Source: Candidatus Dadabacteria bacterium (lineage in GTDB: Bacteria > Desulfobacterota_D > UBA1144 > Nemesobacterales > CSP1-2). From it: a DNA stretch of 64,000 bases. A program made the translations under genes and the position numbers. Below, piece after piece: positions 49,317 to 62,037 of the stretch; the stretch's first letter is position 1, and the number at the start of each line of letters is the position of its first letter. Under the pieces are notes generated by a model, which made no database searches, was not told where the DNA came from, and saw nothing but the letters and a program-made list of their open reading frames with translations. The stretch spans positions 416,001 to 480,000 of the forward strand of contig CAWDVW010000002.1 of the NCBI GenBank assembly GCA_963805855.1, read 5' to 3'.

Positions 49317-50792
49317 ATGGCTAATACACTAAGAAAATACGGCCTTTTCATTAATGGCAAAGAGGTCAATTCGGTGAGCGGTAAGACATTTATCAGGGAA
49401 AATCCTGCAACCGAAGAACCGCTTGCCGAGATAGCCGAGGCACAGAAGGGAGATGTCGAGAAAGCTGTAAAGTCCGCAAAACAAGCATTTGAGAAATGGT
49501 CTCATTTACCTCCAAGGGAGCGTGCAAAGTTTATCTCTCGCCTAGCAGAAGCGCTCGACAAGCATACGGAGCAAATAGCAATGACAAACACGCTTGAGAC
49601 CGGAAAGCCCATCAGGGAAAGCCGTCTAGTAGAGGTTGGAAATTCCGTCAAAACTCTCGAGTATTACGCTGGAGCCGCCGGCAAACTGAATGGTGAAAGC
49701 ATGTCGATTTCGGATGATCAACTTACCATCACCCTTAAGGAACCCGTAGGCGTTGCCGCGCACATTATTCCGTGGAATTTCCCTCTTCTGCTTTCTTTCT
49801 GGAAGATAGGAGCCGCGCTGGCCGCAGGATGCACGATAGTTTTAAAGCCGGCAACTGATACCTCGTGCGGCATCATGGATTTTGCCCGGATAACTGAAGA
49901 AGCGGGGTTACCGGAGGGTGTCTTCAATGTGATACCCGGAAAGGGAAGTGTAGCGGGTCAAGCTTTGATTGAGCATCCGGACATTAGTAAGATCGCCTTT
50001 ACGGGTTCTACTGAAGTAGGAAAAGGTGTAATGAATACCGCTTCTCAGGGTATAAAAAGGGTATCACTTGAACTTGGAGGCAAGGCTCCCTGCATAGTTT
50101 TCAATGATGCAGAAATCGACGAAGCGGTTGAAGCAAATCTTAGAGGTGGTTTCTTCAATCAGGGTGAGAATTGCACTGCTGTAACCAGACTTCTTCTCCA
50201 TGAAGACATTTACGATGAATTCCTTTCCTCCTATATCGAAAGGGTTAAAAAGATACGCATTGGCGATCCCACCCGGGATGACACGGAAATGGGTTCCCTT
50301 GTTTCAAAATCTCAGTTCGATACAGTCAAATTCTATTTTGATAAGGGGATCGAAGAAGGTGCCAAGGTTCTAGCGGGCGGCGGTCGCCCAAAGGGATTTT
50401 CTAAGGGCTACTTTTTTGAACCGACAGTCCTAGCGGATGTGAAGCCCTCAGCCACAGTTGCATGCGATGAGATCTTCGGACCGATAGTGGCCGTCATGCC
50501 ATTTAAGACCGAAGAAGAGGCCGTAAGAATAGCTAATGACACAATCTACGGGCTTGCAGGAGGGATCTGGACACAGAATTTAAAACGCGCCCTGAATGTG
50601 GCAAAGGCCGTTAAAGCAGGCTATCTATGGGTGAACACCTATGGAGGAATTATTCCCGAGACACCCTATGGGGGGTTCAAACAGAGCGGTATTGGAAAGG
50701 AGCTAGGAACCGAAGGCCTGGATATGTACCTTGAGACGAAGGCGGTGAACATATACCTGGGAGATAAGATTCCGAGATGGTATACGGGTTAA
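49317..50792 (+). CDS. NAD(P)-dependent aldehyde dehydrogenase
   Basis: PWNFP, FTGST..G, LELGGK, NQGENC, EIFGP, PYGGFKQSG.GKE. Confidence 0.95.
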   Translation: MANTLRKYGLFINGKEVNSVSGKTFIRENPATEEPLAEIAEAQKGDVEKAVKSAKQAFEKWSHLPPRERAKFISRLAEALDKHTEQIAMTNTLETGKPIRESRLVEVGNSVKTLEYYAGAAGKLNGESMSISDDQLTITLKEPVGVAAHIIPWNFPLLLSFWKIGAALAAGCTIVLKPATDTSCGIMDFARITEEAGLPEGVFNVIPGKGSVAGQALIEHPDISKIAFTGSTEVGKGVMNTASQGIKRVSLELGGKAPCIVFNDAEIDEAVEANLRGGFFNQGENCTAVTRLLLHEDIYDEFLSSYIERVKKIRIGDPTRDDTEMGSLVSKSQFDTVKFYFDKGIEEGAKVLAGGGRPKGFSKGYFFEPTVLADVKPSATVACDEIFGPIVAVMPFKTEEEAVRIANDTIYGLAGGIWTQNLKRALNVAKAVKAGYLWVNTYGGIIPETPYGGFKQSGIGKELGTEGLDMYLETKAVNIYLGDKIPRWYTG

Positions 50793-50803
50793 GTCATCAT
50801 TTT

Positions 50804-50993
50804 GGCGATCTAAAAGTCGCCGCTACATCCAAAAAAAATAAGACCCCATCTTTTATCTTCCTCCATCAAGGGGGGAAGTAAGTTTTAGTAGCGGAGGACT
50901 TTAGTCCTCCAAATTCTTTGTCATGCCCGAGGCCGCAGTCGGGCAGCCAAGTATGTTTTCTGGATTCCCGCTAACTATCCGCGGGAATGACGG
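50804..50993. repeat. REP-like cluster
   Basis: ggcgatctaaaagtcgccgctac; gtagcggaggactttagtcctcc; gtcatgcccga..tcgggca ... ggattcccgc..gcgggaatgac. Confidence 0.7.
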
Positions 50994-51155
50994 GGCGTGA
51001 TACGTCAGAACTGGAGTTGCCTATTCAAAATTTAATTCCTGAACGCTTGGTTATAATAAAGACCATTCCAACCCTTTACTGAACCTGGTCCTCATAATAA
51101 TCTTTGCAAGATAATTCACATACTATAGATTGTAAACAGAGATGTATAAGAAAAC

Positions 51156-52466
51156 ATGACTGACCCCAAACAATCTCCGAAACAATATCGAAAGGTGATC
51201 AACTCATGGGTGATGTACGATTGGGCTAATTCTGCCTTTGCCACAACCGTTATGGCCGCAATTCTTCCTGTCTATTACAGTAAGGTCGCCGGTGCAACTT
51301 TGAGTGGCAATAAACCGACATTTTATTGGGGTTACACCATTTCAATAGCCCTCCTCATCACTGCATTTCTATCGCCGATAATGGGTGCCATTGCCGACTA
51401 TACAGGAGCCAAGAAGCGATTTCTCATGATGTTTGCCGCAATCGGTATCTTCTTTACAGCGCTTTTATACTTTGTTACCACAGGGGATTGGTTGATGGCA
51501 TCTGTACTCTTCATCATAAGTAACGTTGGTTTTGCCGTATCGGATGTATTTTATAACTCCCTTTTACCGCATGTAGCAAAGCCCGAGGATATTGATCAGG
51601 TATCAACCAGGGGGTATGCGTTTGGATACATTGGAGGCGGTATACTCTTAGCTATCAATGTCCTCATGATTCAATTCATGGCAGACGGACAACTTGCCGC
51701 CCGTCTCTCCTTTGTAAGCGTTTCTATCTGGTGGGCGGCTTTCACTACCCCCTTGATCTTAAATGTTAGGGAGCCTTCACCCGCTTCAAACACTTTCGAA
51801 ACGTCAAATCCTATATCAGCCGGTTTTAAAAGGCTAGATAAAACATTCCGCGACCTCAGACAATATCGACAATTGCTCATATTTCTTTTCGCATTCTGGA
51901 TTTACAACGATGGAATCGGCACCATAATAAAGATGGCTACAATATACGGAGCCGAGATAGGAATTGGTGTTAATACACTTATAGGTACCCTATTAATGAC
52001 TCAATTTGTCGGAATTCCATTCTCTTTCGGATTTGGCTGGTTAGCAAAACAAATCGGTAGTAAGTCCTGTATATACATAGGCTTAATCGTTTATACCTTA
52101 ATTTCTATTTGCGGTTACTTCATTTCGACTGCATGGCATTTCTGGGTTTTGGGTTTCATGGTGGGTACAGTACAGGGGGGAACACAAGCCCTGAGCCGCT
52201 CTCTTTACGGGTCTATGCTTCCTAGGGCTAAGACGGCTGAATTTTTTGGATTTTACGGAATGAGCTCCAAATTTGCGGGAATATTTGGACCACTAATTTT
52301 CTCGATTGTAGCCCAAATTAGTGGAACCAGCCGTTTGGGCATCATCTTCTTGGTCATATTCTTTTCAGTTGGAGCAATACTATTGAGCAGAGTGGATGTT
52401 GAGCAAGGCATACATAGAGCCAGGGAGGAAGATATGAATGGAGCGACTTTATTAAATGAGAATTAG
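51156..52466 (+). CDS. MFS transporter (UMF1/ATG22-like)
   Basis: WVMYDWANSAF, FYNSLLP, S..G.A.GY.GG, YNDG, QALSRS, EFFGFY, K..GI.GP. Confidence 0.9.
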   Translation: MTDPKQSPKQYRKVINSWVMYDWANSAFATTVMAAILPVYYSKVAGATLSGNKPTFYWGYTISIALLITAFLSPIMGAIADYTGAKKRFLMMFAAIGIFFTALLYFVTTGDWLMASVLFIISNVGFAVSDVFYNSLLPHVAKPEDIDQVSTRGYAFGYIGGGILLAINVLMIQFMADGQLAARLSFVSVSIWWAAFTTPLILNVREPSPASNTFETSNPISAGFKRLDKTFRDLRQYRQLLIFLFAFWIYNDGIGTIIKMATIYGAEIGIGVNTLIGTLLMTQFVGIPFSFGFGWLAKQIGSKSCIYIGLIVYTLISICGYFISTAWHFWVLGFMVGTVQGGTQALSRSLYGSMLPRAKTAEFFGFYGMSSKFAGIFGPLIFSIVAQISGTSRLGIIFLVIFFSVGAILLSRVDVEQGIHRAREEDMNGATLLNEN

Positions 52467-52512
52467 TATCCGTCAAACAACATCCGACTTAAACCTATAA
52501 CCTGGGAGGGGG

Positions 52513-52542
52513 TTGATACCGCGGCAATCGAGATGATATAAT
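52513..52542 (+). promoter_or_regulatory. sigma70-like promoter (extended -10)
   Basis: TTGATA-18-TATAAT with TG; GGAGG RBS follows. Confidence 0.5.
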
Positions 52543-52563
52543 AGAGAACATGGAGGAGTTAAA

Positions 52564-53094
52564 ATGAACAATGACAACAGCTTAGCGAAACGGCTTCAGG
52601 CCAATGAGATTATCCTTATTGCATTAATAGCCCTGTCTGCCATAGGAATCGCCGTAACCGACTTCTCCCCTAAATATGGTTTTTGGTATTGGATGGCAAT
52701 GGTGCCCATATTTGGGGGCTTCAGCTTATATACCGGGTGGTCGAGGGCAACCAGTCAAGGCATAAGTGCATCAGCAGTAATACGAACCCAATTGCTTCAC
52801 TGGATTGGTTTACTGATTGCCATAGTCCTGGTTTTCTTCCTTCTCAGAACAGGAAGGATTAACAATATCGAGGCTGGACTTGTAGCACTATTGATGTTTG
52901 CATTTGCAACTTTTCTGGCCGGGGTCCACTTCGATTGGCGATACATGGTGGTCGGAATAATCCTTGGAGCGGCCGTAGTCGGCGCGGCTCTGGTACAAGA
53001 GTTTATTTGGATGATAATGATTCCCATCGTTGCAGCCGTTATACTCGCGATAATCTGGTGGTGGCGGACAAAAAAGAGGGTTGAGGAGATTTAA
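52564..53094 (+). CDS. Integral membrane hypothetical protein
   Basis: About six hydrophobic segments, Q..HW.G, FLAGVH. Confidence 0.75.
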   Translation: MNNDNSLAKRLQANEIILIALIALSAIGIAVTDFSPKYGFWYWMAMVPIFGGFSLYTGWSRATSQGISASAVIRTQLLHWIGLLIAIVLVFFLLRTGRINNIEAGLVALLMFAFATFLAGVHFDWRYMVVGIILGAAVVGAALVQEFIWMIMIPIVAAVILAIIWWWRTKKRVEEI

Positions 53095-53314
53095 TGTGGA
53101 CCAATTTAAGCGTTTTTATAACAAGTTATGCCAATCGGGAGCTCATGTTTTGTAGGAGTTAATTGATAACGATCTCCGTTGCAAAAGATGGTGTGACAGA
53201 TGAAAATATTAAACACCATTTCCGTCATGCCAATAAACGTTTTAACAAGGCTATTGATTTGCCGAATCTGTATAATTTGCAATATCAACTGGGCACATTG
53301 CAATGTGCCCCTAC

Positions 53315-53764
53315 TTAATCGACAACAGGTGTTGCACCTATAACCTCAACGTATTTAACCCTGTAGTTTATTGATCCTGCCCCCATCGTGATACCATTCT
53401 TAAGATAGGTGTTATTGCTGTTAGGAGGGACTGTGACTGGGAGGGATCCACCCGTACTGGTAACTATCTGTCCGACACTGCCTGGAAACGTAGAGTAGTA
53501 GTAGGCCTTTACCTTTATATCCTTGTAAGCAATATCAGCCGTGTTCTCAATTTCAAAGTTACTGAATATCGCAACCCGGGCGGCAATAAAATATGAGAAG
53601 TCAACTACTTTGAGATACCACTCGGGATGAACAATCATTGACTTTGTAGGTTTGACTTCTTCAGCTTCAATAAACGGATAGTACAAAATAAAAACCATTA
53701 AAAATAATATGGCTTTCCATCGCATCACAAATCTAAGTTTATGCGAAATAGGCAACCTTTCCAA
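53315..53764 (-). CDS. Secreted hypothetical protein (paralog of 14131-14547)
   Basis: HPEWY, IENTADIAYKDI, LPVTVPPNS..TYL.NG, EV.GA.PV; real start may be MRWKA. Confidence 0.75.
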   Translation of the reverse strand: MERLPISHKLRFVMRWKAILFLMVFILYYPFIEAEEVKPTKSMIVHPEWYLKVVDFSYFIAARVAIFSNFEIENTADIAYKDIKVKAYYYSTFPGSVGQIVTSTGGSLPVTVPPNSNNTYLKNGITMGAGSINYRVKYVEVIGATPVVD

Positions 53765-53776
53765 TTAGACCAAATA

Positions 53777-54298
53777 TCATTGTTCATTCTGAAATGAGTT
53801 ATCAATAATGTTTAGCTCCTCTTCTAATCTTGAGGTCACTTGAGAGATTTGCTCCTTTAATTGTTCGTACCTAAATTTAAATGAATTCCAGACGTCAGGC
53901 ATTTCAAAGAGTGGATCTGATGCACAAGATTGCATGAGCAACAGCAACATTGCTTTTCTCAGAGCAAACAACTGAGAGAGCAATTGACTATACTTGAGGT
54001 ATACCCTGCCCGGCTTTACCGATCCTATATTCTTCCCCAGGGTGCGAATTGTCTTATAAGAAGTTTTAGATTCCTTGCATAACTCAATAGCAAGGTCGAC
54101 ATCTGGATATTCAATTAATTCATTTATACGTGCAGACACTTCATTAAAATGAGTTGTCGCCGCAATTATCATTGGCAGAACCTTGAACTGGTACTGTAAA
54201 TCGTTTTGATCCAATTCTTCACAATAAGAAAGTTCCAGATTCGATAAAATAAGGAATAAAGGTATGGCCACAATTAAATTCTTGTTAACCTTCTTCAT
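53777..54298 (-). CDS. Exported helical hypothetical protein
   Basis: Signal-like N-terminus; coiled-coil-like C-terminus. Confidence 0.6.
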   Translation of the reverse strand: MKKVNKNLIVAIPLFLILSNLELSYCEELDQNDLQYQFKVLPMIIAATTHFNEVSARINELIEYPDVDLAIELCKESKTSYKTIRTLGKNIGSVKPGRVYLKYSQLLSQLFALRKAMLLLLMQSCASDPLFEMPDVWNSFKFRYEQLKEQISQVTSRLEEELNIIDNSFQNEQ

Positions 54299-54565
54299 CT
54301 AAACTTTTGCGAAGTTCACATGGATGTATCGTGCTCGATTGAAAAGACACAATAAACTATAAATAAATTTCTGACGTTGTAAATTAATAGACCGGATTGT
54401 ATCTGGTTGCAAAACTTTTAACTTCTATGTTTAGGAAAAGGCGGTAATGGAAAAAAGTTAAGGTTATACGACCACCGATGCTTTTGCGATCAGCAGTTGC
54501 GATGTCAATATCTGCCTTATTATTTGGTAAATGATTTTCCCCGTCCAGTATCAGCCGTTGAAAAT

Positions 54566-56146
54566 TTATCCAACGGGCTGATATTGAGGCTTGACAGTCG
54601 ATTCAATTGAGAGTTGCATCTTCTCTGATTTACTATAGACGTTGGAATTGTAATACAACGCTCCCTCGGGGAGCCACTCCCACAAGGGGCCCAGGTCATT
54701 TCGAATTCGATCCAAATAAAATTGTGGAAGTTCTGTTGTCTCCTGTTCAAAAAAGTCCCTGAACTTCCTATCATTACGGAGCCTGTTAAGCACTTCGGTG
54801 TGGTACTTGACGCGACCAGTGCCTTGCGAGGAAAATGCCCTCAACACGTTCATACACCGCCAGAGCATGGGTTTAATCACTCTGAAGCGATTGGTTATCG
54901 CTCGCAATGAAAATGTGTGCTGTGTAACATCAATCAGATGTTCGTAAAACTCAGGCCAGGAATAGTTTTTCGGCTTGACGTTCATGGCCTGTTGAGTATT
55001 TAGGAAATGGAATGGAAACGGAAGAATGCGATTGGCTCGCTCGTACTCGAGATTGAGCGGTGCTGACTCTCCAAATGCGGAGAGCATGGAATAGGCAGGG
55101 AACGCCCCTGGAGCGATATCCACAAATCGCTTTGTGAGTTCAAAAGGTTCCGGTCCTTCGTCTACGTCGAGCCCGAGCACAAAATTGGCCTGGAGGTATG
55201 GTATGTAGCTCAAGATCATGTTGATGTGCTCTGAGACCTGCAGGACTTTATCCATTCCACCCTTCTTGCCTGTCTTTGATTTGTTGCCCATTTCGTACCA
55301 CGACTCAATCCCCGGCATGATTACCTTGAATCCATTTCGTTTGAGTCGCTTGAGATGCGGTTCAGATAGCAAGGAGAGACTGCTTTCTGCATAGAAATCA
55401 ATACTACCGGGAGGTACGACTTCCTCGATAGCACCTATGCATTCGTCAAACCGCACACCAAAATTTGGATCGAACCAGCCCACGCGCGGCCTCTTGAACT
55501 TCTGTAACAGGAAGCGAAGATCTTCCTTCATCATATCCAGGCTAAGCTGCTGAAACGGTACAGTTGAGTCTATACAAAAGCTGCATGTGTAAGGACACCC
55601 AAGACTAGATATCATCGGAACAACCTTGATAACGGGTGAGTTATGGAGGTTTTTCTCAATAAATTTCCAACGCTGCCGTACACCTGGAAGCATCGAAGGC
55701 TGCTGATTAGCGCTGATACGCAGACCAAGCGGTCGATGCTCCGAGCAATCCTGTAAGACATCGCGAATCATATCCCTGTCAGTTAAGCCAAAAACATAGT
55801 CAAAGTATTTGGACGCGTCCTGTGGGTAGCTACGCGCATGGGGGCCACCGAGCGCGGTGACTGCACCTTTCGATCGAAAAAGGCTGCTTAGCGCATATGC
55901 CAGTTGAGCACACTGGGTATACGCGCCAATGAACACGATGTCGAAGTCATTTTGGAATTCTTCCGCCAAGTCTTCAAGGCCTCGGTAACACAGGTATGTA
56001 ACGTCATGACCCCCGTCTTCACACCATACGGCTATCGCCTGTGGCATGATATTTGCGAAATTCGCATACATGACGCGCGCCCACAATGAACGAGTAGGGG
56101 CATTAGTTACGAGTTCAATGATTCCAATTTTTAGCTTTCTTATCAT
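54566..56146 (-). CDS. B12-binding-domain radical SAM protein
   Basis: LGGPHA cobalamin-domain motif, SLGCPYTCSFC, GIES, NFVLGLD.D; ATG 56146 after AAGGAGG. Confidence 0.85.
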   Translation of the reverse strand: MIRKLKIGIIELVTNAPTRSLWARVMYANFANIMPQAIAVWCEDGGHDVTYLCYRGLEDLAEEFQNDFDIVFIGAYTQCAQLAYALSSLFRSKGAVTALGGPHARSYPQDASKYFDYVFGLTDRDMIRDVLQDCSEHRPLGLRISANQQPSMLPGVRQRWKFIEKNLHNSPVIKVVPMISSLGCPYTCSFCIDSTVPFQQLSLDMMKEDLRFLLQKFKRPRVGWFDPNFGVRFDECIGAIEEVVPPGSIDFYAESSLSLLSEPHLKRLKRNGFKVIMPGIESWYEMGNKSKTGKKGGMDKVLQVSEHINMILSYIPYLQANFVLGLDVDEGPEPFELTKRFVDIAPGAFPAYSMLSAFGESAPLNLEYERANRILPFPFHFLNTQQAMNVKPKNYSWPEFYEHLIDVTQHTFSLRAITNRFRVIKPMLWRCMNVLRAFSSQGTGRVKYHTEVLNRLRNDRKFRDFFEQETTELPQFYLDRIRNDLGPLWEWLPEGALYYNSNVYSKSEKMQLSIESTVKPQYQPVG

Positions 56147-56652
56147 GGCCTCCTTAGCACTATTTATAGCCCTGCGCTCAGCTACATATTTTAGCAATCA
56201 CCAGGTTGCTTTTTTAAAGATAGAGTGCCGAAATCTTTGAATGGTAAGCCTAGTATACTACTACGATTGTTTCTCCTTCGTGTTAAGCGCTCTCCTACGA
56301 TATCTGGATCTTAATAATTTTCCCCTACGACTTTATAGCATACTTTTATAAAGTTATTTCAAGAAATCATTTTTTTGTTGGTACATACGATGCTAGATTA
56401 AAATCCCTTTGTCAATGCCTGGGACTAATATTCGTCAAATTGTTGAACAACAAATATTAGTCAAATGAGAGAATATTCAATGATCATGATAAAATACACA
56501 CGCCTCGTTTAGATTGGTTGTCTTTAAGATTTGGAACCAACTAGACCTTTTAGAATAGAAACCGAAGGAAATTGTATCACCTAAAATCGATCAATATATG
56601 TACTCTAATTAATAATCGCATTCGTAAAATATATTAGGGCCAAGGCTCAAAG

Positions 56653-58557
<1,905 letters not shown>

Positions 58558-58834
58558 TCACTACCCCTAAACAATAATTGAAATTTTTTACTCACCTCAC
58601 ACTGAATTCTGAAATAAGAGGCGTTTATCATGATCATTCTTTTCTTTAATCACCGAAAACAAAGGTGCACGGGAAATACCCTCCGCCAATCTATTCCCCT
58701 TTCAATGACGACACCCCCATTTTTTGCCATTGAGAGCAATAGCGAAGCTATGTACCCAAATTCAAAAGCCTATTGCCACGGGTGAAAATTCCCCATTTTT
58801 GCAATGACAATTAATTATACTATCTAAGAAAAGG

Positions 58835-58863
58835 ATATTAAAGAACGGAACTATGGATGTCAA
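58835..58863 (-). promoter_or_regulatory. sigma70-like promoter upstream of thiC
   Basis: TTGACA-17-TAATAT on the minus strand. Confidence 0.45.
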
Positions 58864-58910
58864 TGAGTTTATAATTTGTGAAAAACCCTTTATTTAGTAA
58901 AATTACTCTG

Positions 58911-59948
58911 ATGAACCCTCTGGTATTGGGAATAGAAACCTCTTGTGATGAAACAGCAGCCTCAGTAGTTAAAGATGGGAAATATGTGCTTTCAAATATT
59001 GTTTCGTCCCAAATTGAAATTCATAAGAAATACGGCGGGGTAGTGCCTGAATTGGCATCTAGAGACCACCTCGAAAAGGTCATCCCCGTAATCGAGGAAG
59101 CACTAAGAAAGGCCGGGGTTTCACTTACCGATATCTCGAGGATCGCCGTTACAAGTGGGCCCGGTCTTGTTGGATCTCTGCTCGTGGGTCTTTCAACTGC
59201 AAAAGCCATTTCATTCGGCTTGGGCATCCCATTTATTGGGATTGACCATCTTGAGGCGCACATCACTGCAGCTCACTTAGAACATGATGTGCCGTTTCCC
59301 TTTCTAGGTCTCATAGTATCCGGCGGACATACAAGCCTCTATACGGTTAATAGTTATACTGACTTTCGTCTGCTGGGAAAAACGAGGGACGATGCGGCTG
59401 GAGAGGCATTTGATAAAGCATCGAAGCTCCTTGGGCTTGGCTACCCCGGAGGAGTAGAGATCGATAGAATTTCCAAGGAAGGAGACCCGCGATCAATTAA
59501 CTTTCCGCGGCCTTTTAAAAACGCTTCCTCATTTGATTTTAGCTTCAGTGGTATAAAGACATCTTTGGTTTATTTTCTAAAGAAAAACCCTATTATTGAT
59601 GAGGATAGACTACGGGATATTTGTGCAAGCTATCAGGAGGCAATAGTCGAGACACTCGTCAGCAAAACCCTGAGTGCTGCGAAATTGAACGAAATTAGAA
59701 ATGTTGTGATATCTGGTGGAGTTGCAAGCAATTCGCGGCTCAGGGAGCTTGCGAAAGAAAGATTCGAACAAGAGGGTATCTCGCTTTTCATCCCCTCGCC
59801 AGAGTATTGTACGGATAATGCGGCGATGATAGGGGCCTTGGGCTATCATAAAAGCAGAAATGGAGAGTCTTCGCCTTTGGGCCTAGCCCCATATTCGACT
59901 ACGAGACCAAAGTACGTTCGGGGGAAGGGATTCGTCTCTGACAATTAG
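58911..59948 (+). CDS. tsaD: tRNA N6-adenosine threonylcarbamoyltransferase
   Basis: LGIETSCDET, GGVVPELASR.H, GPGL.GSL, HLEAH, VSGGHT, DDAAGEAFDK, DNAAMI. Confidence 0.97.
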   Translation: MNPLVLGIETSCDETAASVVKDGKYVLSNIVSSQIEIHKKYGGVVPELASRDHLEKVIPVIEEALRKAGVSLTDISRIAVTSGPGLVGSLLVGLSTAKAISFGLGIPFIGIDHLEAHITAAHLEHDVPFPFLGLIVSGGHTSLYTVNSYTDFRLLGKTRDDAAGEAFDKASKLLGLGYPGGVEIDRISKEGDPRSINFPRPFKNASSFDFSFSGIKTSLVYFLKKNPIIDEDRLRDICASYQEAIVETLVSKTLSAAKLNEIRNVVISGGVASNSRLRELAKERFEQEGISLFIPSPEYCTDNAAMIGALGYHKSRNGESSPLGLAPYSTTRPKYVRGKGFVSDN

Positions 59949-59978
59949 TAGCCGACGACATCGGTTCTAGGGAAAATG

Positions 59979-60140
59979 TCACGAGCAAGCCAGTCCTGAG
60001 CACGGTCGAAGGGACTCGTGATCTACCCAGTGATGGCATCGCTACCCGGGTAGCCGGCCAGTCTTGCTGGTCGGTTATTATTGTGGAACGAGCAAGCCTT
60101 CCCTGAGTCTTAATCCTTGGGCAAATCGAAGAATTCGCCA
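59979..60140. repeat. REP-like cluster with nested modules
   Basis: tcacgagcaag[ccagtcctgagcacggtcgaaggga]ctcgtgatctac; gtagccggccagtcttgctggtcgg. Confidence 0.7.
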
Positions 60141-60286
60141 GATTTTGACGCGATTATATCGCAAGAAAAATCTCCCAAAATAATGAAAGGCGTGGTTTTT
60201 CAACCGCGCATGAAAATCCATACGTTTCCTTGTCTAAAAATTCAACTTTTTTTCACGATCTTATTGAGATGATAAAATATTAGGAG

Positions 60287-60748
60287 ATGACTGAATTACG
60301 CTTTATTGCAGACTCCATGCTTGGAAAGCTTGCAAAGTGGTTGAGACTAGCTGGCTTGGATGTAAGTTACAAAAATGATATTGAGGATAATGTATTGATC
60401 GATCAAGCATTATCAGAGGACCGTATAATTCTCACAAGGGATAGAAATATAAAGAAGAGGAAGATCGTAAAAAAGTGTCTCCTTATACACAGCGACCATT
60501 TAGAAGAACAAATCAGACAATTCTTTGAAACCTATAGAATAAAAGGCACCGGAAGATCGTTTTGCAGATGCATACGTTGTAATACTCTATTAAAAGATGT
60601 AGATAAACGCGCATTAAAGGGCAAAGTTCCGGCTTATGTGTTGGAAACAAATGATAGATTTAAGCAATGTGACTCATGCAAAAGGATATATTGGGCGGGG
60701 ACGCACAGGGAAAACGCCGAGGGGTTCTTGAGAAGAATGATTCCCTAA
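60287..60748 (+). CDS. Mut7-C RNase domain protein (PIN-like)
   Basis: FIADSMLGKLAKWLRL.G.D, LTRDR, RC..CN, F..C..C.RIYW.GTH. Confidence 0.92.
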   Translation: MTELRFIADSMLGKLAKWLRLAGLDVSYKNDIEDNVLIDQALSEDRIILTRDRNIKKRKIVKKCLLIHSDHLEEQIRQFFETYRIKGTGRSFCRCIRCNTLLKDVDKRALKGKVPAYVLETNDRFKQCDSCKRIYWAGTHRENAEGFLRRMIP

Positions 60749-61929
60749 GGATTAAACTTCCGCATCATTCTGATAAATTCATCAAAAAGATAGGACGAAT
60801 CGTGCGGTCCTGGTGATGCTTCGGGATGATACTGGACTGAGATTATTGGATATTTTGTGTGTCTTAGTCCTTCTACTGTTTTATCATTAAGATTGATATG
60901 AGTAATCTCCACATCTGATCCCAACGAGTCTGGGTCAACCGCAAACCCGTGATTCTGTGACGTAATTTCAACCTTCCCGGTCGATAAATTCTTAACCGGT
61001 TGATTTGCTCCCCTGTGACCAAATTTCAATTTAAAGGTTTTCCCACCAAGTGCTAATCCGAGTATCTGATGCCCTAAACAAATTCCAAATATCGGTTTCT
61101 TGCCCACTAGTTTTTCTACATTCTTTATTGCGTAGGAAACGGCAGAGGGGTCTCCCGGCCCATTAGACAATACGATACCATCCGGATCCATTGAGAGAAC
61201 TTCCTCGGAGGAGGTTTGAGAAGGAACTACCTTCACATGACAACCCACGTCAACAAGCCTTCTTAAAATATTCTGTTTTATCCCATAATCGTAGGCTACG
61301 ACTTTGTATCCTTTCAATAATTTCGGCTCCGTATTTAGAGACTGAGCTAAAACATCACTTCCATTTTCCCAGGTATAAGGCTTCCGGCAGCTTACCTCTG
61401 TTACAAGGTCTACATCCAATATGGAAGGAGACGAACGCACTTTCTTCAGTAAGCTATCATGCGAAAAGTCGACTGTAGAAATCACTGCACGCTGGGCTCC
61501 CTGAGAGCGTATTCTCCTCGTGATATCCCTCGTAGCTACATCCTGAATACCGATAATGTTATAATTTTTTAAATAGGATCCCAGATTCTCAGATGACCTC
61601 CAGTTACTGGGTTTACTGCAGTATTCACGAACGACGAAGCCTCTGACAAAGGGTCTTCTTGATTCTACATCCTCAGGATTTACTCCATAGTTTCCAATCT
61701 CGGGATAGGTCATTACAACAATCTGCCCGTTGTAAGAGGGGTCGGTGAGTATTTCCTGATAACCATACATTGAAGTGTTAAATACAATTTCTCCATAGGA
61801 TTCGCCATCGGCCCCGAAACCAAGGCCTTCGAACCTTGTCCCATCTTCTAAAACAAGTATCGCTTTTTTCACGGGATCGTTGGGAAAATACACATGAAAA
61901 GGATCACTGTCAAATCTCTGTTTCTTCAA
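60745..61929 (-). CDS. carA: Carbamoyl-phosphate synthase small subunit
   Basis: LVLEDG, GEIVFNTSM.GYQE.LTDPSY, LSNGPGDP, GICLGHQ, SQNHGF, QYHPEASPGP; start could be GTG 61872. Confidence 0.97.
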   Translation of the reverse strand: MKKQRFDSDPFHVYFPNDPVKKAILVLEDGTRFEGLGFGADGESYGEIVFNTSMYGYQEILTDPSYNGQIVVMTYPEIGNYGVNPEDVESRRPFVRGFVVREYCSKPSNWRSSENLGSYLKNYNIIGIQDVATRDITRRIRSQGAQRAVISTVDFSHDSLLKKVRSSPSILDVDLVTEVSCRKPYTWENGSDVLAQSLNTEPKLLKGYKVVAYDYGIKQNILRRLVDVGCHVKVVPSQTSSEEVLSMDPDGIVLSNGPGDPSAVSYAIKNVEKLVGKKPIFGICLGHQILGLALGGKTFKLKFGHRGANQPVKNLSTGKVEITSQNHGFAVDPDSLGSDVEITHINLNDKTVEGLRHTKYPIISVQYHPEASPGPHDSSYLFDEFIRMMRKFNP

Positions 61930-62037
61930 TACAATAATAAGAAGTAAATGACGCTAAAACGCGAGTTAATAGAGGATTCATTCTCTCCTTTCAACTAAAC
62001 CTACACGCCCCAGCAATCAACGAGGGAGCGTCATTGC

